Positions 20,801 to 29,255 of a DNA stretch of 64,000 bases are shown here, one piece after another. Position 1 is the stretch's first letter. Each line of letters opens with the position of its first letter. Source of the stretch: a virus; IMG/VR virus record IMGVR_UViG_3300046170_000505. One strand, written 5' to 3'. Under the pieces are notes generated by a model. That model was not told where the DNA came from. It worked only from the letters and a program-made list of their open reading frames with translations, and did not search any database. The translations under genes and the position numbers were made by a program.

Positions 20801-23800
20801 ACAAATGGATTTTTACAAGAATTTGCAGAAAGTACAAATACGGTAACTAGAACTTTCGCTAAACTGGGGACTGTCGCTTCAGATACAGTCGCCTCTTTTG
20901 TGCAAATACAAATGCTTGGAGATGAATTGGCCAATTTCTTTGAATCGATAGGTAAAAAACAAAAAGAGGATGAAGAAGGAGGAAGCGGTGGGATTATTGA
21001 AGGAGTTGCTGGAGGAGCCGCTGCTGGAGGAGCAGCTAGAGGATCAATGTTTGCGGGCATCAGAAACATGGCTGCAAGAGGAGCTCAGGCTATGCAGAGA
21101 TTTATCAAACCAGTCGCGGCTGTTGTAGCTGGTTTTAAATTAGCTGATGGTGTGTTTAAAAATTTTATTAGCGATGATAAAATGGGGATATATATGTCTG
21201 TTATGGGCTCAGCATCAGAGAAGGCTGCGCACAGGCTCGAATTAATGAGCAAGAGTATTGAGGCAACAACTGCAGCTATAGAAAACTTAAAGAAACAAGA
21301 AGAAAACAAGCAAAAAATTGTCGAGCTTGAAATAAAAGGTAGCGGTAGAACAATAAAAGAAGATCAAGAGTTATTAGATCTCAGAGTAAAATCTTATGAT
21401 GTAGAAATTGCTGTAGCAAGATCTATGGCAGAACTGCAAAAAGAAGCAAACGAAGGCGGTTTTGCAATGAGAATGTTTTCTGAAGCAACAAAAAAAGCAG
21501 GAAAATCTACTTTAGATAAAGCTGGCCTTGAATCAATGCTTCAACAAATGAAAGTCTTTCAAGCTGTTGTTTCAACAAATGAAGCCTTTGCTAATACCAC
21601 TGATTCAATAGACAATAATGATAAGCTAAACGATGCAGGTAAAAGCAGGGGTTATAGTTTAGCTATGTTAACCAGAAGTTTGATGGACGAAAGTCAAGCT
21701 AGTAAAAACGAAGATCTTTTTAAAAGATTAAGCCAAGCAGGAGGAGAGCCAGACGGAATGCTTGATAGTATGAATTTCGGACTAAAAGAAGGCGTCTCTC
21801 AAGAAGATTTTAGGAATGTATTTAAAACTCTTCATGACGGCCTAGAAGAATCAGAAAGTTTTAACCCATTTGAACCTATGGATGAAGATGAAGCATTCAG
21901 GCAAGCAATGAAAAGTTTTATTGATGGGTTTAAAAAGAATGACGTTAGCGAATCTTTAAGAAATCTTATTCAAAGTAACAGTGAAGGAATAAAAGAATTA
22001 GCAAGAAGGGTGGTTATAGAAAAACATGTTTCTAAGATGAAAATAGCCGCAGCTAAACACGAAAATTCTTTGAATAAGATTATAAACAAACAAACATCTC
22101 AAAGATCAAAATTCTTAGATGAACAAAACTTAATCGCCAAGTCAAAATTACTCGCAGAAAAACAAAGCCTTGCTCTTGAAGATATTCAAAATACAGAAAA
22201 ACTTTCAACAACAAACGCTAGAGAAAAACTAAACCAAGCTCTTCTTGAGCAAGCAAACAAATTACTTGTTACAAACAATCTTGCAGAAATGGATGTTGGT
22301 AGCATGAAGACAGCTTTGGAAAATTTAAAGACGGATTTAAATTTGGCAGGGAAAAGAGTAATAGAATCTGCAAAAACTTTTGAAAAAATTAACAAAGGCT
22401 TAAACCCAGAAAATAAAATAACCGCATCAAAAAAAGATAAAGAAACCGCTTCCAGAATAATTGAACAAACAAAAAAGCAAGTTGAAGAACAACTAAAAAA
22501 TGTAGACAAAAATCCTAAATCGACAGTAGAACTTCAAAAAATACTAACCGATCTTTACTCAAGATTAGCGGAAGAAGGAGATGAAAATGTTACCGCTCTT
22601 GTATTGGCCAGTACTAATATACTTAAGTTACGAGAAGAACAAATTAAAAAAATTCGTGAATCAAAATTAACAGAACAACAAGAGATTGACGCGGCTAAGA
22701 AAGCAGAAGCAATTGCCCGAAAAGAACTTTCACTACAAATGGAAAGCGAAAATCTAACAGCTAAAACACTAGAGGGTAATAAAACTTTATACAAAATACT
22801 TAAAGACAGGATAACAGATAGTAAAACTTTGGCTAAAGAAATACAAGAGTCAACAATGTTTGACATGCAAATCAATAATGCAAAATTAGAAGAATACAAC
22901 TTAAGAAAAGAAATAATAAACGATCTTACCGCCCAAGCTGTTGAAGTAAAAATTGGCAAAAATACAACAGAGTTGATGGAAAATCAACCCAAAGTAGGTT
23001 TACTGAAAGCAGATGTGTTATCTTTAGACCCAAGTTTAAAATTAGATGGCAAGCTTTTAGAGCTTAGAGAAACTAATGTAAAGATATTAACAGACAAAGT
23101 AGCATCAGAATACTTTAGCCTTTTAAAAAGTAATAAAGAAAACGATATACAACAAGGTTTAATCGATGTACTTGGATTAAGAAAAAGAACAGCGGAAGAA
23201 AAATTTAAAGAAGAAATATCTTCTCTTAGAACTCAAATACAAGAAAAAGCAGAACGTATTAACATATTACAAAATGAAAAAGAAAGAAAAAAAATAGGCG
23301 AGCTTCTTTTACAAAATGAAATTGCTGACACAAAAATAGCAGAACTTACCTCTCAAGCAAAATTAGAAGTATTAAGAAATGAAAAAATTAGATTAGCTTT
23401 AGTAGAATCACAAGTCAAATCAGAGCTAATTGAGTTAGGATCCCAAAGATTAATAGAAGAAACTAAGTTTCAAGTTGCCGCAAACAATGGCAAATTGCTC
23501 GAAACAGTACAAGAAGAATTAAAGCTTGAAACTTCAATGCTTGAAAAAGATGCATACTTAGCTGGATTAAAATCAGAGCAAGCGCAGTTACTAGAAGGTA
23601 TAAACGAAAGACAGAAAAAAGCTCAAGAACTTCTTGATTTTTCAAATAAAATTGACGAAGCCAGACTTGCCGCAAACAGAGCCTCAATAGATCAAAGAGC
23701 GTTATCAGGTATGGTTGGCGCTGACATGCAAATTAATCGTTTTAACCAAAGATATGACGCTAGAGCTGCTGCAACACAGGCGATCAACCCTAATGCAACA

Positions 23801-26800
23801 GCGGAAGATATGCTTGCATTTACTGAAAAACTAAAGGAATTTAACAAAACCACAAACAATGGAACAGAAGCGATAGACGCTTTAAGAATAAAAATGGCTG
23901 AGATGCAGGTCTCTGCTTCTAATCTAAAATCAGATTTAGTAAACACAGGTATTGAAAATTTAAGAACCAATATGGTTCAAATGTTTAAAGATATTGGGTC
24001 AGGAGCTAAATCAGTAGGCGATGCATATCGAGACCTTGGCCTTGGTTTGGCCGAAGCAATTCTAGATAGAATGATGCAACATAATGTTGATAAAATCATT
24101 AGTAATTTAACTTATGCATTTACTGGAGTAGACCCAGAAAAAGAAGCTAATAAATTTTTGCTTGAAAACAACAACGCAGTATCTGCAAATACTTTGGCCT
24201 TGGAAAAACTAAGAGGTCAATTAATGGAAGGAGTAAAACCTGATAAATCCTCTGAGACTCCAGCTACCATGGAAGAGGTAAGAAAAGCTATAGAAGAAGC
24301 AAACAAATCTCTTCTTGAAGGAATCGCCCCAAAAGGAAGCGACTTAGAAAAACATATAACAAACCTAAAAGGCGAAATAAATAATTTCAGCAATGCTGGG
24401 GGCGATTTTATAGAAAGCTTAAGTGGAGCTTTCGAAAAAATAAGACAAAAGCTTGAGGAAATTAAATCTGAAGTAGATGCGGAAAAAATAAAAGAACAAC
24501 AGGGCCCAATAACTAATCATTCTGTGGCAGAAAATCAAGTTAATGTTTCCACTCAAGACGCTTTGGCCAAAAATGGTGGTAGGGAAGGGGCTGGGCCACA
24601 TACCCTAGAAAGAACTATTGCTTTAAAAAAAGAAAACCAAAAAAAATTAGATGAAGATCTAGAAGCGGCTTTTGAAAAAAGAGATCAACTTATCAAAACA
24701 GCTCAAAATTTTACCTCAGAGAAGCCAAAGGATATAATGTCTATATTTGATGAAAAATCCCGAGGTTATTTTGATAAAGCACAAGGAGATCTTACTTTTG
24801 AACAAAGAATAAAGAAAAATGATCTGGAAGAATCTATTGCAAAAGGGGATAAATTAAGTCCTATGGAAGTATTAGACAAGCGGAATATCCTTGATCCAAC
24901 ACCCCTTGGTGCTCCATACGTGCTTGGAGATAATAATTTTGATGAGCTGGAAGGTAAAAAGAAAGAAGTAATTGACAAAATCACAAAAGCTGAAAGCGAA
25001 ATAGAGGCAATGCAAAACGAAATAAGCTTGATGAGGGAAAAGTTTATTAAAACAGGCTCTGGATCTAGCCCCAAGCCAAGTAACCTAACAGATGAACAAA
25101 AGTATGAACTAAATAAAGATATTGATAAAAAAGATGAAGAACTTAAAAAAATAAAGGATAAAAAAATAACTTTAGAGAAAGAACACTTAGTTCTAGATAA
25201 TTTGCAAAAAAATACAATAGATGAAATAAATGGATTAAATAAAAAAATAGCTGATATTGCAAAAAGACGAATACTTATTGAAAAACAAATCTTGGCTGCC
25301 CAAGAAAAAGATTTAATAAATATACAAAATACTGCTGTCACAACTACCACAACAATAGGCTCTCCTCCAGTAGTAGACCCCACTCCTACTGGACAAAATT
25401 TCTGGGGCGGAAAAATCCAACGCTTTGCAAAAGGTGGCTTAGTTGAAGGTCCAGCAGGTATAGATAATGTCCCAGCAATGTTAACTGCTGGAGAATATGT
25501 TGTACCCAAAGAAGAGGTTCAAAATTTTTCAGGAGGAGGAAGAGCTACTAGATTCTTTAAAGGAGCCACTCAATTAGCGGTCATGACCATAACTGCTGAC
25601 GCTGTAAATAAAGCAATGGAAGATCAAAGCAAGAAAAAAGGGCCACCCGTCTTTGATATGAAAAAAATGAACCCTCTTGCCCTAGGTTCTGATGTTAGTT
25701 TAAAAACAGGAGACCCAAGAATGAGCGGGAGGGCTTTGGCAAAAAGCCAAGAGATGCAAGAATACAAAGATTACCTTTTAGAAAAAGCTGCATACGAAGT
25801 AGATAAAAAGAACGCTAAATTCAAAAAAAGAATGGGATACCTCCAGCAAGCTATGGGTTTCATAAGCAGCTTTGCCGTCGCCGAAGTAACAGACGTTCTT
25901 AGAGAACCTTTAAGAAAAACAGTTGATTTCGTAACATCACCTTTTGTAAAAACAGGAAAATACATTGGAAACAAAGCTAGTAATTTCTTTAATGGAGATT
26001 TAGGATTTGGAGAATATTCAGATGCTTATCAAGCAGCAAATAGAAGGGGATATGATCTTGATTACAATCAAATAAAAAACTCTTTTGAAACTGGACAGCC
26101 GATAGAATATACAAGTAATCAAGGCACAAAATACGCAACTACGCGAACCTTAACACCTCAAGATAGAAGAAAAATTGGACCTGAATCTGGAGACTCCCCT
26201 TTTATTGGATCAACTACTTATCAACCTGGCAATTTCTTAAAAGTAACAAAAACAAGAACATTTGACGACAGACCACTTGTTGATCCCACCCGACCAGATT
26301 TAAACAATATGGGAAGCTCTTACGGAAGAAAAACCTTAAAAAATAATTCTGGAGGAAAAATTCCATCAATGCTAACAAGAGGAGAAGGGTTTATACCTTC
26401 AAGTACAGCTAAAAAAATCGGCTATCAGAACCTTGAATCAATGAACAGAACAGGCTCTCTTCCTAGAATACAAGGTCCATCTGGGATTGATAAAGTTGGC
26501 CCTGTTGGACTTGACGAAGGAGATTTTATTATAAGAAAAAGTTCTACCGATAAGTTGATGCGAGACAATCCAAATACCATGCGTTTCGCAATGCAAAATC
26601 CAGATGGATTCAGGAAAAGCGCAACTGGATATTATGACGGCGGAATTGTTGGTACTGGCAGCCAAGCCAGCTTTCCTTCGAACCAATCAAGCCCAGAAAG
26701 CCCAAAAGGAAATCAGCCAGTAAACAGAATACAGCCTTTAATAGAAGCTGCAAAATCATCAGAAACAGAAAAAACAAGCGCAGCTCAAAACAACGAAATA

Positions 26801-26974
26801 ACCAACAACATTAGCGTTAATGTAACCATTGATAGCTCTGGCAAAGAAAGTGTGGAAGCTCAAACCCCAGAAGGATCCTACCAACAAGAACAAGAACTTG
26901 CAATGAAAATAAAGACGAGAGTTCTAGAGGTTATAAGAGAGGAGAAAAGACTAGGCGGAGAACTCGATAGATGA
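11819..26974 (+). CDS. Giant tape measure protein (5051 aa) carrying an internal array of enzyme/effector modules
   Basis: The N-terminal TP901-type TMP domain (FEKTLQDINVVL...AALEFSRQGL...DKLAAVDVKFAVSSEDL...GAVIGNGLKTIFTRI) is followed by hydrophobic helices and long coiled coils. C-terminal gpH-like motifs are present (FAKGGLVEGPAGIDNVPAMLTAGEYVV; IPSMLTRGEGFI). The gene lies between tube and tip genes. Confidence 0.92.
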   Translation: MAVRANVDLKVNMASVKRSMDRAAREVNKTVQNVSGKDISFNVNGKSFTQPLGRITSSANEFTKSLEASNARVIAFGASVGIINAITDSFKFLIAETVRFEKTLQDINVVLNSSNEQIQKFGQGLFDVAQNTAQSFNIAADAALEFSRQGLSVEEVLKRTNDALTLTRITSLDAAEAVSGLTAAVNAFGEAGLTTTDIIDKLAAVDVKFAVSSEDLINGLERAGAVAIDAGVDLDNLVGIITSLQQTTARGGAVIGNGLKTIFTRIQRPESIRQLEDMGVAVRTLTGAVLPADKVLKNIAKGFEELSQSQQSNIVQFAAGIFQANIFRAALTDLAKTQGIQQQATEISANAAGEAARKNELLNKSISAMASQAGSGLKELVGIMGELAIKPELGEAVGIFGNAIEGLKNALGGGEDEGNAFAKGLVRGIGNVLTGPGVIAFAAIFTKLLFNVFKFASGSLKDVLGIVTQKEKVRQIEESIVKVLGSNVQVTQALNRLEGDRIAQEQYILGIIEAQTNALAKQQQLASKLGPALLKRGITPDLSYDNTPGTLVDIDGDGVISGAGGILPQEKNAERKGAIEGGYSPGRVNKMKVPGMGDVIYNTAEKVKNFEGMKQPAIMPPQSSRAGRNYKEKFSEKHGFDPYASGGLIPNFVPRKGSNVDKVYQLLKNAWLSEGYRMTNKELTDATGLPGAPDNPYKKANSSFNRDFGAKLNKAGYTVNTRPRTEYYQYLPTNKEKIAKFIQREQDPAKKGIATITDDELMDKFLKQKILKSASGHHFQAAIEAGGRSKVSFANSVTSYRNQFVNEDKLVAPPIYLKDDSTYVGPPNSSPWANVSLESKGKSKVNATGKEIDSVFNGIKNGAPQSFLGLDKRFDINPLTKKELADFKKQNFSANVDHYGFAKMQGNPPKPVFLSYNTLANAPYSLNANGFEHAISDFKRRKRGLAGSPLDFIDVPGEAKFGPTAYKNTLDEHLTGKFLRHLIGTDSISWPPRAGYGSLGRLEYFHTESFGAPTMKHIEQRNKQAHNIKANLGLIPNFADYRTREQKITDYLNDPANDKVKFKRPKMPANITPTQISMAMNVPVGGNVTKEYSDNEIKKAISETIQKRKDLQLEGFENLKNVDIDSVLKKYKESTKDGDFYGDKDLSYSSGLVPNFVDKVQNGAIYYSKPHNKIVRVTRVDNDKKIARIKHHDMEKYKDEEVFFKDLEAVSAEQAKEYFQKKSSGLVPNFAQQAGNTLLMEPSKFFTYANSSDVAKALGKGVNYREIQDKMDSQEPVSIKASLLDIITSSDKNKTKPTGKEALHGTFNSLASKGISYIERDFIFRQLKRRGARQKKGESDPDFNERKVTAQLNAEQDIRETAGSTYTKYLSTYNPETKKGDPSYPIDHIAEGLEFSSGETKSGEFIAANLISKSLRMASDRELTSWLESQGVKDKGLDEKNLKRAQNLASQLGIKGTKKDESEEPTFDQIDADAWGMNKGLVPNFADLSKSERLKMMKSTLSFQDEYEDLAKMGSPLAKWALKTVKDKEFKMIGNGMESWAIGNEEVVYKLPRPMIDSFSKTGDLELKRWRKQMKVMAQPSLQYKVSPENKAWNLVPNSNIAKRAERIRSQLDELGINSLFLPKTEVLKVAGQDEFITSQERVKGSTFFNLQNEIVKNKNNKTDFNLDGYKIVEHLMENIGESTMITDVHSGNFIAEASKKKQLLNTVNQFAPVGSKESKPLSRLGLRSLPNDSMAAIDFSSGLIPNFADLYKPYMNKGGKAIGMENYFYSSNNQEDALNYIKSNKNLNIKTGSSELRKFNFPPRVWEMLTSNNPQDIEPQMNVLPIGTRTPIGKGDPYRDTSLGKGMSEQEDFYAIALKNTLGIRPPFFEKTDSWRNGETYSTLMTNSSQFREMYNLNRLDGKNVIPNFVKYDKSRGGSGAWGAIPNNREGKYGGFIPNYKKLYQAYIGDDKNYRANRTSSAWYFDSQKGTDGILDDWRGVVSSGAVSKGIGHLYAREYSLSDSNLKEMTSGVYSSGNLRKLRVMSRAFEANNEMPDQNDEEWEDDLVNNSGNGFDDASDEMEGRLGAYSRLRKTQNQNRLWKNSMAGTINNPLPLATYKTNEMFGPGYIIPDLGALDIYQDGFTTEDDKKIRSIFSPNLNRDNHLIERKISEKHLDNKGFSEMLSDVAKDPEKAMNASRRMGIEGIKEHVDNQSKGLVPNFAFDPNSFEKNKRARNVHEQMFGTLDSRTKDIQNRNQLNREKALRGEDPKLFDRHYPDPILGQARNKIINAPTGGGEKNVAQAIRSSKRIEKSKKEELIKQIGSQRLKDLDEKYLNKSNKNSHTSRLQRFVKQRKDLESAIQSENFEKAREIKNADFIQNEKIYNEYANYLGETRYLDSDVSTAKRAQERFGKNPHSDSMNDPNTLGYYPGITKSYGVPGEKSISYNPYQTDYPKKGPRSFRNSGLIPNFSKVSRTIKSQEDRVKGKGEFIGGGVSERDKDIAFNMFDHFISKISGLSSSFGLNERRMSLTGTAEDRNLIETFKTSGKSEKDLIQIAGSQRKLRNILDGYMLGHFETLLLAKGKFKQAEDPLMQGDLSKGLVPNFAGMDLYRGVIRDKGAKYNKKDVFELTPKRQKQFASSSITSIEDLKQYLLGHTDNQNASSLVSTSTQKSVAMEFATSKDSSKQGLVSKENMSFRRMYNPRKVEKLLNFMMDRKGWSEAKSVQWFLENAKNKDIGFHIKRWMDEGSKLKKQNEFEDEVALLGKQAFTDRDNLAPFSKGLTPNFANPLSDALQREKSAGVPSSRIRVEKSSQLKSPMNPMGLAVTNTRDEPGGLAQGIRRAKKQGIDPKRHGIDVPNFATPVSKDQFDKILNDIVSKAESSFKDIEKTLDDIELGDLAKDLKKKFDDSIEEAKKTKDTKKVLDIKDEAETIKQKGIDKFTKNPKQILGSNSQHSIGATKDNADKKMAQLEEATKKLTSSIEEADIEVQQNTKSQGDNLVKLFALQSIISTTNGFLQEFAESTNTVTRTFAKLGTVASDTVASFVQIQMLGDELANFFESIGKKQKEDEEGGSGGIIEGVAGGAAAGGAARGSMFAGIRNMAARGAQAMQRFIKPVAAVVAGFKLADGVFKNFISDDKMGIYMSVMGSASEKAAHRLELMSKSIEATTAAIENLKKQEENKQKIVELEIKGSGRTIKEDQELLDLRVKSYDVEIAVARSMAELQKEANEGGFAMRMFSEATKKAGKSTLDKAGLESMLQQMKVFQAVVSTNEAFANTTDSIDNNDKLNDAGKSRGYSLAMLTRSLMDESQASKNEDLFKRLSQAGGEPDGMLDSMNFGLKEGVSQEDFRNVFKTLHDGLEESESFNPFEPMDEDEAFRQAMKSFIDGFKKNDVSESLRNLIQSNSEGIKELARRVVIEKHVSKMKIAAAKHENSLNKIINKQTSQRSKFLDEQNLIAKSKLLAEKQSLALEDIQNTEKLSTTNAREKLNQALLEQANKLLVTNNLAEMDVGSMKTALENLKTDLNLAGKRVIESAKTFEKINKGLNPENKITASKKDKETASRIIEQTKKQVEEQLKNVDKNPKSTVELQKILTDLYSRLAEEGDENVTALVLASTNILKLREEQIKKIRESKLTEQQEIDAAKKAEAIARKELSLQMESENLTAKTLEGNKTLYKILKDRITDSKTLAKEIQESTMFDMQINNAKLEEYNLRKEIINDLTAQAVEVKIGKNTTELMENQPKVGLLKADVLSLDPSLKLDGKLLELRETNVKILTDKVASEYFSLLKSNKENDIQQGLIDVLGLRKRTAEEKFKEEISSLRTQIQEKAERINILQNEKERKKIGELLLQNEIADTKIAELTSQAKLEVLRNEKIRLALVESQVKSELIELGSQRLIEETKFQVAANNGKLLETVQEELKLETSMLEKDAYLAGLKSEQAQLLEGINERQKKAQELLDFSNKIDEARLAANRASIDQRALSGMVGADMQINRFNQRYDARAAATQAINPNATAEDMLAFTEKLKEFNKTTNNGTEAIDALRIKMAEMQVSASNLKSDLVNTGIENLRTNMVQMFKDIGSGAKSVGDAYRDLGLGLAEAILDRMMQHNVDKIISNLTYAFTGVDPEKEANKFLLENNNAVSANTLALEKLRGQLMEGVKPDKSSETPATMEEVRKAIEEANKSLLEGIAPKGSDLEKHITNLKGEINNFSNAGGDFIESLSGAFEKIRQKLEEIKSEVDAEKIKEQQGPITNHSVAENQVNVSTQDALAKNGGREGAGPHTLERTIALKKENQKKLDEDLEAAFEKRDQLIKTAQNFTSEKPKDIMSIFDEKSRGYFDKAQGDLTFEQRIKKNDLEESIAKGDKLSPMEVLDKRNILDPTPLGAPYVLGDNNFDELEGKKKEVIDKITKAESEIEAMQNEISLMREKFIKTGSGSSPKPSNLTDEQKYELNKDIDKKDEELKKIKDKKITLEKEHLVLDNLQKNTIDEINGLNKKIADIAKRRILIEKQILAAQEKDLINIQNTAVTTTTTIGSPPVVDPTPTGQNFWGGKIQRFAKGGLVEGPAGIDNVPAMLTAGEYVVPKEEVQNFSGGGRATRFFKGATQLAVMTITADAVNKAMEDQSKKKGPPVFDMKKMNPLALGSDVSLKTGDPRMSGRALAKSQEMQEYKDYLLEKAAYEVDKKNAKFKKRMGYLQQAMGFISSFAVAEVTDVLREPLRKTVDFVTSPFVKTGKYIGNKASNFFNGDLGFGEYSDAYQAANRRGYDLDYNQIKNSFETGQPIEYTSNQGTKYATTRTLTPQDRRKIGPESGDSPFIGSTTYQPGNFLKVTKTRTFDDRPLVDPTRPDLNNMGSSYGRKTLKNNSGGKIPSMLTRGEGFIPSSTAKKIGYQNLESMNRTGSLPRIQGPSGIDKVGPVGLDEGDFIIRKSSTDKLMRDNPNTMRFAMQNPDGFRKSATGYYDGGIVGTGSQASFPSNQSSPESPKGNQPVNRIQPLIEAAKSSETEKTSAAQNNEITNNISVNVTIDSSGKESVEAQTPEGSYQQEQELAMKIKTRVLEVIREEKRLGGELDR
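13757..20344 (+). repeat. Dispersed G-L-[IVT]-P-N-F linker repeats (10 canonical plus 4 degenerate copies) delimiting modules in the TMP
   Basis: Canonical copies start at 13757, 14915, 15269, 15491, 16256, 17045, 18410, 19157, 19562 and 20105. Degenerate copies are at 17531 (NVIPNF), 17588 (GAIPNN), 17624 (GFIPNY) and 20327 (IDVPNF). Confidence 0.95.
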
Positions 26975-28047
26975 GACAAGCGGTATTAGGTTATGAGCAA
27001 CAATTTTATCTCAACGGAACTCAAATTTCAGGAGTACAGAGCGTTGAGGGATCATATTCTATATCCGAACAACCAATCAATGTCCTAGGTTGGGGCCATG
27101 TAAATAAAGCTTTTTACGAACAAGCTGAATATTTTCAAATTAATGAACAGGGTTTACTTATAGACTCAAACGGCTTTAAGCTTTTGCAAGAAAAAATATG
27201 CACTAGAGAAAGAAGCGAAAAACTGCCTGAAAGTTTAGCTGTCCTCAATGCCCCATTAGAGGGAAGCTTTAGCATAAACTCAATTTTAGTAAGCGAAGAT
27301 TTTATGTTGAATTTTACTGGTGATAATCCGTTTACTGGAAGCATACATCATGGAGAGAGTTACTTTGGTTTTCATAGTGGCTATATAACGAGCCACTCAG
27401 TTTCTTGCGGTATAGGCCAGCTACCCACAACAAGCACAAATATTAGAGTTCTTGGAGATATAGGTGGATCTCCAGATATAGTCGAAAACGAAGATTCTAC
27501 CAATCTTAAAAGCGAGGAAAACTTTTTATTTGTACAAGAAGATTCAGACAATCCAACCACCTATAATGCTTCTGGAGAATTACCTTTTCCTGAAATAAGG
27601 TTAGCGAACCAAGAATCTATACAAATTGAAATTGGAGGCTTACTTCCAGAACACAAAGGAGTAAGTTACCCAAACGAAACTGAAGACGATACAAGCGATT
27701 ATGTTTTTGACAGGGTAACATCTTTCAATCATACAATAAATATAGGTATAGATCCTATATATACCGTTGGATCTACGGTGCCTGCGCAAGTAGATGTAGT
27801 TTGGCCGATAGAATCTAAAACTAATTTTACGGTGGAAGTCGATGAAAGAAAATACAAAAGCCTGAGAAAGTATTTAAAATCACCGACTCTTCATAATTTA
27901 GCCATAAGAATAAAAGATTGCTTTGGTGAACCAATACAAAATTATACGGTAAAACTAGCTAGATTAACAAACGAATCAATGTCGGCATCAACAGATGGAA
28001 GATTAACTGCAAATTTAAGCTATACAGCTTATTATAATAAGAGATGA
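26971..28047 (+). CDS. Tube-fold tail/baseplate-proximal protein
   Basis: Shows the same two-half pattern as the tube proteins: ISGVQSVEGSYSISEQPINVLG, GYITSHSVSCGIGQLPT, RVTSFNHTINIGIDPIYTVG, ARLTNESMSASTDG. Lies directly after the TMP. Confidence 0.6.
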   Translation: MRQAVLGYEQQFYLNGTQISGVQSVEGSYSISEQPINVLGWGHVNKAFYEQAEYFQINEQGLLIDSNGFKLLQEKICTRERSEKLPESLAVLNAPLEGSFSINSILVSEDFMLNFTGDNPFTGSIHHGESYFGFHSGYITSHSVSCGIGQLPTTSTNIRVLGDIGGSPDIVENEDSTNLKSEENFLFVQEDSDNPTTYNASGELPFPEIRLANQESIQIEIGGLLPEHKGVSYPNETEDDTSDYVFDRVTSFNHTINIGIDPIYTVGSTVPAQVDVVWPIESKTNFTVEVDERKYKSLRKYLKSPTLHNLAIRIKDCFGEPIQNYTVKLARLTNESMSASTDGRLTANLSYTAYYNKR

Positions 28048-29255
28048 GTTCTAGAAAAAATAAACCGTTCTATAGGTATGAAGATGTACCGCTTTTGCTC
28101 GCACCTGAAGGTGAGGAGCCAATGATGGTTTTTGCAAACTCAGCAAGCATATCAGCAAATCAACCTATAGACGCAAGAAAATTTGTAGATGATTATAATA
28201 TTTCATTTGCTTTCCAGAAAGAAGATATTCATTTTACTGGAGCACATGAGTCAGGTTTTATTCTTGGTCCACCATCTGGCCCAGGAATGAAAATGTCAAA
28301 TTCTATTGAGGTAGTAAGAAGTGGGCAAAAAATAGCTTACCCAAACGGACAATCCCTTATACTTGCAGACGATCTAGAAGCTGGAGACTATCACATTAAA
28401 GTAAGATCTACTGGGGAAATGACTTTAGATATCCAGGAAGATGTGCCCTATGGAGAAGTAGAGGTTGTAAGAAATCATTCTGCCAGAGGCCCCGTTAGGG
28501 GAAGACTCAACTTTAGCTATTATATGAATACTGGAAATCTTCATACGTTTGCAGATTTAACAGGATTACTTGACCCAAAAATTTACCCACAAATTAATGA
28601 GTCGAAAATGACAGGATGCTTGGGTGATTATGTTTTTAATGACATATATTTAACCGAAATGAGTTTTAGCGCGGCTCCATTTCAGCCTATTATGGCAGAA
28701 GCAAGTCTTGACGTATATGGAAAAATGGAATATATAGAAGGGCTTGCAGATAGCATTACTAGTAATTATGAATGTTTAAAAGAAAACCAAATCAGCGTAC
28801 CTCACGCCGCAAGAAGTGAAATATTAGGGACAAGCGATGTGGGCATTCAATACCCTTTAGCTTTTGATTATAGTATATCCTCAAACAGAACTCCAGAAAT
28901 CCCTATACCAATAAGTGGAAATTTTGATAATGATGGAGAGCTTCCAATAAGGGTTACTAAAAACGAAATAGACATTACAATCAACTTACAAGGAGAAAAG
29001 TTAGATCCTTTTTTAAAAATTACAGGGCAAAGAGCTGACGTAACAATCAAACTTCATGATATAGGTTTCTCAAAAGAATTTACGGACAACAACCAAGGTA
29101 AACTAAAAGAATTCAGGTTACTTGGTAATCTGGTATTGCCAGACGAAGTGCCTGATGAATTAAAGCAATATGGAGTTGTAGATCAAGACGCACTCACTAT
29201 ATCGGAAGGCGGTTTTTTGAGAGGCAGAGCTACGGTTAGACAATCTTATAGATAA
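28044..29255 (+). CDS. Putative tube-fold tail/baseplate protein
   Basis: Beta-rich, with GRLNFSYY, IYLTEMSFSAAPFQPIMAEASL and FDYSISSNRTPEIPI resembling tube-fold strands. Located in the tail operon. Confidence 0.5.
   Translation: MSSRKNKPFYRYEDVPLLLAPEGEEPMMVFANSASISANQPIDARKFVDDYNISFAFQKEDIHFTGAHESGFILGPPSGPGMKMSNSIEVVRSGQKIAYPNGQSLILADDLEAGDYHIKVRSTGEMTLDIQEDVPYGEVEVVRNHSARGPVRGRLNFSYYMNTGNLHTFADLTGLLDPKIYPQINESKMTGCLGDYVFNDIYLTEMSFSAAPFQPIMAEASLDVYGKMEYIEGLADSITSNYECLKENQISVPHAARSEILGTSDVGIQYPLAFDYSISSNRTPEIPIPISGNFDNDGELPIRVTKNEIDITINLQGEKLDPFLKITGQRADVTIKLHDIGFSKEFTDNNQGKLKEFRLLGNLVLPDEVPDELKQYGVVDQDALTISEGGFLRGRATVRQSYR

Noticed and set aside
12262-26686. Numerous antisense ORFs, including the 247-aa ORF at 24766-25509
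   Set aside because: They are shadows of the Lys/Glu-rich sense ORF (Phe/Ser/Leu-rich translations) and have no motifs or start signals.
11819-26974. Classical polymorphic toxin with immunity genes (MuF/Rhs/CDI type)
   Set aside because: The enzymatic domains are internal and multiple rather than C-terminal, and the next gene overlaps the stop codon and is a tail protein. No immunity ORFs are visible.
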